Under the pieces are notes generated by a model. The model was not told the DNA's origin and made no database searches. It was given only the letters and a program-made list of their open reading frames with translations. Below are positions 37,371 to 45,013 of a DNA stretch of 45,013 nt, one piece after another; within the stretch, counting starts at the first letter, position 1, and every line of letters begins with the position of its first letter. Position numbers and translations under genes: made by a program. Origin of the DNA: Oculatellaceae cyanobacterium bins.114 (lineage in GTDB: Bacteria; Cyanobacteriota; Cyanobacteriia; Elainellales; Elainellaceae); contig JANRJA010000122.1 of assembly GCA_033764315.1 (NCBI GenBank), forward strand, positions 1 to 45,013, written 5' to 3'.

Positions 37371-40300
37371 CTATCTTCTGAATGCAATTGCCACTTCCCT
37401 AATTCCCTTCGCGATCTCTTCAAATGCCTCATCTTGATTCGCCCAGCTTGTCACGGGCTGTTTATTTTTGGGCAACACCTCAAGCTGACTAAAGGGTGCA
37501 TCTTGCCAATCGACCGGACGCAGCAGGATGGGAATCACTCGCGCCTCCCCTGCCTGATGGCGTTCCATTGCCCGTTTGATTTCGATGTCATAGCAGGTGC
37601 TGTCGGCAATAGAATCAGGGCTGATCAGCAACAGAATGATGTCGGTAGTGTTGAGGTGATCGCTGATCACCTTTGCCGTTTCGTCACCGGGGAGAATTTG
37701 GCGACTATCCCAACTCGTGATTACACCTTCTCGTTTCAAAATGCTGAGATGTTTCTCCAACTTATCTCGTAGCTCTTCGTCCTCACTAGCGTAGGAGAAG
37801 TAAAGGGCGATTACCCCGAAGGGGGAACTGCTTCGCACCGCTCGTCCTTGGGGAATCAAACCGTGAGCAATTTCGTAGTTGTAGTAACCGCAGCGTTTTT
37901 GGATGGCAATAATTGCTTTAAGTGCTTCCTCTCCAATTTCACAAAAAGTTAGAGGTAATAAATTAGGTAAGTATTGAGAGGTTATATTACCTGCAATCTG
38001 TTCAATTGCGTATGCAGCACAAAGACGTACCTCGTAATTTGAATGTTGAATTGCCTGAAGTAGACCTGGAATTGCCTCTCTATAACCAAACTTTCCAAGA
38101 AGTAGAGAAACACACAAATTCATTTTGAAATCCAAACTTTTGAAATCTAAGCTGTCGCGGAGAAGTATAATTTGCTCTTCAGATAAAATATTCCAGAGTG
38201 TAAAGGTGATACTCCAATCAGGATTAAATTCTGAACATTTAAGCTTTTGAATTAATATAGGAACTGCTGTTTGGTTTAAAGTTTCTCTAAATTCTTTCTT
38301 GGCACTCCAGTCCCGAAGAATAGATATAGCTCCTTGATAAACTGAATGATCAGAATGAAAAACAGCTCTTAATAATGCTGGAATAGCCTCCTCTGATTCA
38401 ACTCTATAAAAGCCATTAATTGCTTTCCTGCAAATCTCGACGCTTGAATCTTGAAGACCCAATAATAGTCCTGGAATTACTTCTTGAGAACCAATAATGT
38501 TTAATGCATAAACTGCACTTAAACGGATGCCTTCGTTTCTATTCTCCCTGATTAGCTGAGTTAATTTTGGAATTGCTGACTTAAGCCTTAGTCGTCCCAA
38601 AACTTCAGCTACACAATTACGATCTGGAGATTTTGGGTCTTCCATAACTTCTAATAGAAGTGGAACCACCTCTTCAGTGCCTATTATTGCCAAAGCATGA
38701 ATAGCTCCAAGTCTAATGTATTGATCTGGAGCTTTCAAATTTTCAGAGAGTAAAAATAATCTATTTTCAGTGCTGAGTAAGTTCAAGCTTCTAACATAAC
38801 TTGAGTAAGCATCTGGCTCATTTTTGCCTAAAAACTCAAGAAAATCTATACTTACTCTCTCATAAGGATTAAGATGCTTCTGATCAGTATCATCTCCTAC
38901 AGAATCAGTTTCGGAAGATACCCAATTTTGCGAAAACTTAGAAGTTTCTGCTAGATGATCAAGACAGCCTAGTAGCAACAATTGAACATTAGCTTTTTCT
39001 TTTGTTCCTAATGTTGAATCATTAATGATTATTCGTTTTGAATTGTTGTTGTAGATTCTTTTGAGGAATGGAATAGCCTCTTGTGATTTTGTTTCTCCCA
39101 AAAGCTCTATTCTTAGCCAGTCTGATATTTGAGAATCGTGTAAATATGATATGTTCATCAACTCGATGGCTCTTCTCTGAATGGCTGAATGAACATCCCC
39201 TGCAAGTCTTGCTCCTAACATCAAATCTACATCCAGTGCTAATCTCACTATGTGCAATGCTTGATTTTCTTGCTTTAGTAGAGACAGCATTAGGGCGATC
39301 GCCTCTGTCCATTTCAAATAGTTGAGGTAATCCCGCTTCAGTTGCTCATCGCTCAAGTTCGGTAAGTGTTGCAGCAAATACTCAGCCGCGTAATATTCCT
39401 GAAATAGCTGATGGTGAAACTCAATTTCTCCGGGTTTGGCTGCGTCTTGTAGAAGGTGATGGTTGCATAAATCCTTCAACCACTCTTTTGCTCTCGTGGG
39501 GGCATCTACCACTCCTCGCTGGTGTAACCAATTCTCTAAAAGGCTTTCTGCTCGATGTTTGGAAATAGTCAGCCATAGGTCAGTCGGCTTCTGCCCATCT
39601 GCCTGAATCATAGAAAAGGCTAGATGCTGTAGAACCTCTGATTTGAACTCCCAAAAGTTCTTGGATACAGGCACGTAATCTTTTTTGAGGCGTTCATAGT
39701 TGCGATCGAACTGCCGAAACAACTCCCCTTTATTCTGCGGAATCTCTCTCGTTTGCTTGAACACATCACACAGCATCTTTAAGAACAGCGGCGTTTCTGC
39801 AATCTCTCGCAAGCGATCGCGCAACTGCGTTAAGAGTTGTTCTCCATGCTCTGGCAAATACTTCTTCACAAAATCCCGCATCTGTAGCTCTGACAGCGGT
39901 TTCATCTCCAGCCGCTTGCCAATGCCCAAATCACCCCCGACGGCTAACTCTCGCGTTGTAAAAATCATCGGCACGGTTAGATTATCCTCTCGGAACTGCG
40001 CCAACCTACGCCGCAAGTCATCATTGGGAATTTCATTCACCCCATCTAGCAGCAAAATGAGCTGATCAGCTAATAACCAATCTTCAATCTGCTCCGATGT
40101 GACCCGTTGCCTTGCCCGTCGAAATTCAGCCTGAATCAGTTCAGGAACAGGGCGATCGCCCTTCAACTGCACCAACACTGGAACCTGACCTGCCTCTGCC
40201 AAAGCAACTGCTAACTGTTTCAGTGCTGTTGTCTTGCCTGAACCGGGTCGTCCCGCCAACAACACATGCTCGCGCTGTTCCCCCAGTGCATACCTTCGCA

Positions 40301-40748
40301 ATCCGGTTAGAACTAGGAATTGCTCAACCTGCCGTTCCTGTGGCTGTCTGTCCTGCGGCTGATGAGTGTCCTGCGGCTCTACCGATCGAGCCTCCAGCGG
40401 CAATAGCGCATCTGTTGGTGTATACAGAGTGTTTTGCTCAGAATAAAGACGGGCGATCGCAGTCAAATAAGGCTCAAAATCGGGCTGAGCTAAATTGGTA
40501 GAGTTTAGTGGTTGAAAATTTTGCTGAATTGCCTCTACGATCGCCCTTACTGCATCCTCATTCATTTCGACATAGGTGCGATCGCCAATGTAAATCTCTC
40601 GCCCCTCACCGATCTGAATGTTGTACTTTCCCCATTGCACAACTTGAGGATCTCGGTTGTTTAAGACATCTCGCAAGCGTTGCAAATCAGCGGCAGTTGC
40701 CGTACCGTTCTCTAGGCGTACCAACCATTCATCTAGCGGCTGAGTCAT
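37371..40748 (-). CDS. NLR-like protein: EAD-like N-terminus, NACHT NTPase, HEAT repeats, C-terminal TIR
   Basis: VVQWGKYNIQIGEGREIYIGD, GRPGSGKT, LLLDGVNE, EFHHQLFQEYYAA, HEAT repeats, FSYASED...CYDIEIKRA...VIPIL. Confidence 0.88.
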   Translation of the reverse strand: MTQPLDEWLVRLENGTATAADLQRLRDVLNNRDPQVVQWGKYNIQIGEGREIYIGDRTYVEMNEDAVRAIVEAIQQNFQPLNSTNLAQPDFEPYLTAIARLYSEQNTLYTPTDALLPLEARSVEPQDTHQPQDRQPQERQVEQFLVLTGLRRYALGEQREHVLLAGRPGSGKTTALKQLAVALAEAGQVPVLVQLKGDRPVPELIQAEFRRARQRVTSEQIEDWLLADQLILLLDGVNEIPNDDLRRRLAQFREDNLTVPMIFTTRELAVGGDLGIGKRLEMKPLSELQMRDFVKKYLPEHGEQLLTQLRDRLREIAETPLFLKMLCDVFKQTREIPQNKGELFRQFDRNYERLKKDYVPVSKNFWEFKSEVLQHLAFSMIQADGQKPTDLWLTISKHRAESLLENWLHQRGVVDAPTRAKEWLKDLCNHHLLQDAAKPGEIEFHHQLFQEYYAAEYLLQHLPNLSDEQLKRDYLNYLKWTEAIALMLSLLKQENQALHIVRLALDVDLMLGARLAGDVHSAIQRRAIELMNISYLHDSQISDWLRIELLGETKSQEAIPFLKRIYNNNSKRIIINDSTLGTKEKANVQLLLLGCLDHLAETSKFSQNWVSSETDSVGDDTDQKHLNPYERVSIDFLEFLGKNEPDAYSSYVRSLNLLSTENRLFLLSENLKAPDQYIRLGAIHALAIIGTEEVVPLLLEVMEDPKSPDRNCVAEVLGRLRLKSAIPKLTQLIRENRNEGIRLSAVYALNIIGSQEVIPGLLLGLQDSSVEICRKAINGFYRVESEEAIPALLRAVFHSDHSVYQGAISILRDWSAKKEFRETLNQTAVPILIQKLKCSEFNPDWSITFTLWNILSEEQIILLRDSLDFKSLDFKMNLCVSLLLGKFGYREAIPGLLQAIQHSNYEVRLCAAYAIEQIAGNITSQYLPNLLPLTFCEIGEEALKAIIAIQKRCGYYNYEIAHGLIPQGRAVRSSSPFGVIALYFSYASEDEELRDKLEKHLSILKREGVITSWDSRQILPGDETAKVISDHLNTTDIILLLISPDSIADSTCYDIEIKRAMERHQAGEARVIPILLRPVDWQDAPFSQLEVLPKNKQPVTSWANQDEAFEEIAKGIREVAIAFRR

Positions 40749-41065
40749 TGCACCTTGCTGGCTCTCAAGAGTTTGACTGCTTGCCTCAGTTATACCCTCT
40801 TACTGATGGCAAGGACAAACGCAGCTAAGGACAGCGATCGCCTCTGACACTCCGCACGAGGTAGGTCAAACATAACAACTCAAGAGACAGTTTTTTGTTT
40901 TCCAGTAGAAGGTTTTCGGTATAAAATGTATTAAAAATCACACTGTACTGACTTTTTACAATAGTAAATTCAAGCCATCCCTTAAAAACTTCTGCAAATC
41001 TTGATATGGGTCTAATGTGGCATCTTAACTATCTAATTCAGGGCTGGTTTAAGTTGAGGTAACAG

Positions 41066-43528
41066 ATGATGAGTGCCCAAGAACCCAGCGAATCGCTACT
41101 CTATAACGAGACAGAAACGGCAATGCCAACGCCAATCACTGCCGCTGTTAAACCCGATCGCACGCAGCCAGAAGACAAACAAGCCACACAACAAAGAGCC
41201 GTTGAACCAGAACCCTATAATCACATGCTGCGATCGCGCGATCGCCTCTTAGAAACCGTTGCCAAAGCGACCAATATTCTGCTGACCCTGGAGAACTTTG
41301 ATGAAGCGGTCAATACGGCTTTAAACATCATTATGGAAGGCGCAGGCTGCGATCGCATTGGGGTTTTAGAGAATGGCTTTGATGAGGAATCAAAGCTGCC
41401 TTCGCACTATACGATCATCTACGAAGTTGCAAAACCTGGCATCATTAGCCAGATGGCTTGTTTAGAAGCAGGACGTATCAGTAATGTAGGTAGAGAAGCC
41501 TTCATGGAACAACATTATGTCCAGGGAGAAGGCTTTGGCGGATTTTTGGAGGATTGGGATGAACCTGTTCGGGGCGTGTTAGCATCCGTTCAAGTCAAGG
41601 CGTGTTATGCCGTTCCGATTCGGGTGAACGGTCAGTGGTGGGGTCTGTTATGCATTGATTACTGTCGAGAAGCGGTTCGCATCAGTCCGGCAGAAAGTGC
41701 TGTTTTGAAAATGGTTGCTGATTGTATTGGCAGTGCCATCCACCGCGATCGCACCCATCAAGAACGCGCACAGTTTGCTCAACAGCGTGCTGCCGAACTG
41801 AACGAGTACAATCAAAGGCTGCTGAGGCGAGATCGGTTACTAGAGGTTACTGCCAGAGCGACCAATATGCTGCTGACTCTGGATAACATTGACGTAGCGA
41901 TGGAATCTGCGCTTACAGTTCTGCTTGAGGGAACAGGGTGCGATCGCATTGAAATCCTTGAAAATGTCTACGAATCCTCATCCCCGATGCCGATTCGTTA
42001 CCTCAATACGATTCAGAAATGCCTGGAGCCACAATTTGAAACTAGCCCCACTGATGTTGAGTCTGTCCAAGCTGCCGAACTCAGTGATGCATTCAAGAAG
42101 TACTTCCTGGAGATGGATGGCTTTGGTGGTTCTGTAGAGGAATGGGATGAGCCGCTAAGAAGTTGGTTAGCGACTCTGAAAATTCAGTCTACCTACGCAG
42201 TTCCGATTCGGGTGAATGGTCACTGGTGGGGTGTCTTGTGTTTTGATTATTGCCGTGCCCCCATTCAGTTCAACCCTGCTGAAGTTGCGGTGTTGAGAAC
42301 AATCGCCGATTGCATTGGCAGTGCTATTCAACGCGATCGCGCTCAGAAAGCCTTGCTCGAAGCCGAACAAAATCGAGTCGCTGAATTGGCAAGAGCGAAC
42401 ACTGCCATGCGTCATAGCATTGATTGGTTAGCCCATGAGCCAGATATGAACGCATTTCTGGGGCATTTACTAGAAGAATTGGCAACTCAAGTGAACGCCC
42501 AGGATGCCATGATCTTTCTCTACAATGCACGAGAAGGCACATTGCAGCCCTTTGTTGGTGTCATTGACGATGAGATTACCTTTTCCCCACCCTTTACTCG
42601 CAAAATTTCAGCCCATGAATGGCCGGGTTGGGAGGTGCTGTTGCGATCGCCAAACCCCATACAGTTCGACCTGGATACCGATGCCCACTTGTTTATGCCG
42701 GAATATCTGGAGTATCATCGCAGACGCAATAATCAGGGAGTCGTTTGTACCCTACTGCAACAGGGAGATGAACCACTGGGGTTTATTGGGTTTGGCTGTG
42801 TCCGCAAAACCCTGTCGGAGAATGAACTGGAACTGGTGCAGTCCCTAGCACAACAGGCAACACTGGCGATTCAATTAACTCAACTGGCAGAAGAAGCAAA
42901 ACAGACAGCATTGCTGCAAGAGCGTGCCCGCATGGCGCGAGAAATTCACGATACTCTGGCGCAAGCCTTTGGTGGCATTTCGATGCAGTTACAAGCCGCT
43001 ACCTATTTTGCGGCTACTAAAGCTGAAAAAGCACAAACCCATTTACTGGCAGCACAAGCCTTAGCAAAAGATGGCTTAGCCGAAGCTCGACGATCGGTTT
43101 GGACTCTATATTTAGAAACTACGGAATACGAAAACCCAGACCAGGCGATCGCTAAGTTCATTGAGCAAGCTGCACTCAGTCAATCAGCCCAAATTACATT
43201 GGCGATCGACGGTACTCCTTACCATTTGCATCCCGATGTAGGACTAAATTTACTCCGCATTGCCCAAGAATCGATTACCAATGCCTTGCGCCATGCCCAC
43301 GCCCAAACGATCCAGGTTCGCCTGAGTTATAGTGCCCAACTCTTGAAATTGGCTATTTGGGACGATGGCTCTGGGTTTGAGCCGCAATCCTCTGCTCCTG
43401 GGTTTGGGTTATTGGGAATGCAACACCGGGCAGCCCGAATTGGAGCCACCTGGCACTTGGTCAGCCAAGTGGGGCAAGGCACCAGCATTACCGTCACGAT
43501 CGCCAATCCAACGATTCTCTCAACTTGA
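41066..43528 (+). CDS. Soluble triple-GAF HisKA_3 sensor histidine kinase
   Basis: Two duplicated GAF-like units and a third GAF; ERARMAREIHDTLAQ, QESITNALRHA, DDGSGF, GFGLLGM; no TM segments seen. Confidence 0.88.
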   Translation: MMSAQEPSESLLYNETETAMPTPITAAVKPDRTQPEDKQATQQRAVEPEPYNHMLRSRDRLLETVAKATNILLTLENFDEAVNTALNIIMEGAGCDRIGVLENGFDEESKLPSHYTIIYEVAKPGIISQMACLEAGRISNVGREAFMEQHYVQGEGFGGFLEDWDEPVRGVLASVQVKACYAVPIRVNGQWWGLLCIDYCREAVRISPAESAVLKMVADCIGSAIHRDRTHQERAQFAQQRAAELNEYNQRLLRRDRLLEVTARATNMLLTLDNIDVAMESALTVLLEGTGCDRIEILENVYESSSPMPIRYLNTIQKCLEPQFETSPTDVESVQAAELSDAFKKYFLEMDGFGGSVEEWDEPLRSWLATLKIQSTYAVPIRVNGHWWGVLCFDYCRAPIQFNPAEVAVLRTIADCIGSAIQRDRAQKALLEAEQNRVAELARANTAMRHSIDWLAHEPDMNAFLGHLLEELATQVNAQDAMIFLYNAREGTLQPFVGVIDDEITFSPPFTRKISAHEWPGWEVLLRSPNPIQFDLDTDAHLFMPEYLEYHRRRNNQGVVCTLLQQGDEPLGFIGFGCVRKTLSENELELVQSLAQQATLAIQLTQLAEEAKQTALLQERARMAREIHDTLAQAFGGISMQLQAATYFAATKAEKAQTHLLAAQALAKDGLAEARRSVWTLYLETTEYENPDQAIAKFIEQAALSQSAQITLAIDGTPYHLHPDVGLNLLRIAQESITNALRHAHAQTIQVRLSYSAQLLKLAIWDDGSGFEPQSSAPGFGLLGMQHRAARIGATWHLVSQVGQGTSITVTIANPTILST

Positions 43529-43588
43529 CCCCTCCAAACCACCGCCCTATTTCACCCAACTTATTTCACCAACTATTTTGAGCCAACT

Positions 43589-44224
43589 ATGCTGACCCAA
43601 TCCAGCAAAACCATTCGTATCTTAATTGCCGACGACCATCCGATTGTGCGTCAAGGCTTAGTGGCGATTCTCAATGATCAACCCGATATGACTGTGGTTG
43701 TCGAAGTTAGTAATGGGCAACAGGCGATCGAGCAGTTTCGCATTCACCAACCGGATGTTGCCATTCTCGATTTGCGGATGCCTGATGTTGGCGGTGTTGA
43801 AGCCATTCATGCCATTCGTGCTGAGTTTCCTGATGCGGCTATCATCATGTTCTCGATTTATGAAACAGATGAGGATATCTATCAAGGGCTACGCGCGGGA
43901 GCCAAAGCCTATCTGCTCAAAGACACGCCTTGTCTGGAAATGTTGGAGGTGATTCGAGCTGTCAGCGAAGGGCAACGCTACGTTCCGGCAGAAATTGGCA
44001 CAAAATTAGCCGCCCGCATGGATCGCCCTGCTTTAAGCGATCGCGAATATGAAGTTCTGGCACTGATGGCAAAAGGTAAAAATAACAAGGCGATCGCCAC
44101 GGAACTCACCATTAGCGAAAATACAGTCAAATTTCATGTGGCTAATCTGCTGATTAAACTGGGAGCCAGCGATCGCACCCACGCTGTTGTTAATGCGCTT
44201 CAGCAAGGCGTTATTAAGCTGTAA
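43589..44224 (+). CDS. NarL/LuxR-family response regulator
   Basis: IADDHPIVR, ILDLRMP, LSDREYEVL...TVKFHV. Confidence 0.93.
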   Translation: MLTQSSKTIRILIADDHPIVRQGLVAILNDQPDMTVVVEVSNGQQAIEQFRIHQPDVAILDLRMPDVGGVEAIHAIRAEFPDAAIIMFSIYETDEDIYQGLRAGAKAYLLKDTPCLEMLEVIRAVSEGQRYVPAEIGTKLAARMDRPALSDREYEVLALMAKGKNNKAIATELTISENTVKFHVANLLIKLGASDRTHAVVNALQQGVIKL

Positions 44225-44255
44225 AGGGTGTTTCCCTAATATGACATCAAGCGAA

Positions 44256-44298
44256 CTACTCAAATGGGTAGGACGATTGCTGCCTATTAGAACAGGCA
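44256..44298. promoter_or_regulatory. Two inverted repeats, candidate NarL-type operator sites
   Basis: CTACTCAAATGGGTAG (44256-44271) and TGCCTATTAGAACAGGCA (44281-44298). Confidence 0.4.
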
Positions 44299-44391
44299 AA
44301 CAAACCCCATTTGGCGTAGTAATGAATATTTGCATTTTATTTACAGTTAGAGAGTGTTGCAAAACTTGTATGGGTAGCTGTAGTTCTTCTC

Positions 44392-44937
44392 ATGGCTTTA
44401 TCTCCAAGAAATGACCGCCTGATTCTTCCGGTGAGTAGTCGCGACCATTTCCAAGGCATCTCTACAGCAAAGATTACGCTAGTAGAGTATGGGGATTATC
44501 AATGTCCTGATTGTCGAATAGCGCAACACATCATTACATCTATCCAGCAACAGTTGGGTGATCAAATGCGCTTTGTGTTTCGTCACTTTCCACAGTCACA
44601 GATGCATCCCGAAGCCGAGCACGCCGCAGAAGCGGCTGAGGCAGCTGGTTCCCAAAATAAGTTTTGGGAGATGCATACCCACTTATTAGAGCATCAGGCA
44701 CAGCTTGCAGATAGCAATCTTGTTGAATATGCGATCGCCCTTTATCTCGACGTCAATCAGTTTTTACAGGAGATGACAAACGATAGCCATGTGGCACGAG
44801 TACAAGCAGATATTGAAAGCGGAATTCAAAGTGGTGTAATCAAAACACCAACCTTTTTTATCAACGATTTGAAGTACAACGATGGTTGGGGCTTAGAGAC
44901 CTTATTTGAGGCAGTGCTGCAAGCCCATAACGCATGA
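44392..44937 (+). CDS. DsbA/thioredoxin-fold protein
   Basis: EYGDYQCPDC, FVFRHFP, KFWEMH, GVIKTPTFFIN; no signal peptide seen. Confidence 0.88.
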   Translation: MALSPRNDRLILPVSSRDHFQGISTAKITLVEYGDYQCPDCRIAQHIITSIQQQLGDQMRFVFRHFPQSQMHPEAEHAAEAAEAAGSQNKFWEMHTHLLEHQAQLADSNLVEYAIALYLDVNQFLQEMTNDSHVARVQADIESGIQSGVIKTPTFFINDLKYNDGWGLETLFEAVLQAHNA

Positions 44938-45013
44938 CAAAACAGGCTTCATGTTAATTTTGACTGTGGCAGTTTTGTTGTCAAAACCGATCACAGATAT
45001 AGCAATCCCAAAT

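Noticed and set aside
36188..37760. TIR duplicate as a DGR template/variable repeat pair
   Set aside because: Differences are not confined to adenines, many are synonymous, and no reverse transcriptase is present in the window
40944..40958. NtcA site
   Set aside because: GTA-N9-TAC rather than the required GTA-N8-TAC

Overview
Chromosomal window from a cyanobacterium, probably filamentous: HIP1 (GCGATCGC) is dense, heptamer tandem repeats are present, and petG, cytM and ferredoxin-type sir are found. The left half is mostly core genes: Omp85-like, pyrF, tyrS, PBP1A, grxC, cobU, ftsE, sir, pepN, a GT2-GT2-acetyltransferase polysaccharide cluster, cytM and petG. The right half holds two-component genes, an Rpn nuclease, TrkA, a Na+/H+ antiporter and uvrA with a LexA-like box, followed by an accessory and likely defence block. 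That block is an EAD-like/NACHT/HEAT/TIR NLR-like gene with an AT-rich central region, a DUF4160-DUF2442 toxin-antitoxin-like pair, and a second, inactivated TIR copy (nonsense codon plus putative catalytic Glu->Lys). The two TIR copies bracket the TA pair as ~440-bp direct repeats. Other highlights are an apparent integron gene cassette (GTTAGGC...GCCTAAC) fused in frame to the end of cobU, a shared 19-bp box upstream of two receiver-only regulators, a triple-GAF Cys-rich kinase with NarL and DsbA genes, and several MITE-like elements, some nested and with clear TIRs and target duplications. No rRNA, tRNA, CRISPR array or intact transposase was seen. All family assignments come from motif recognition by eye, not database searches.
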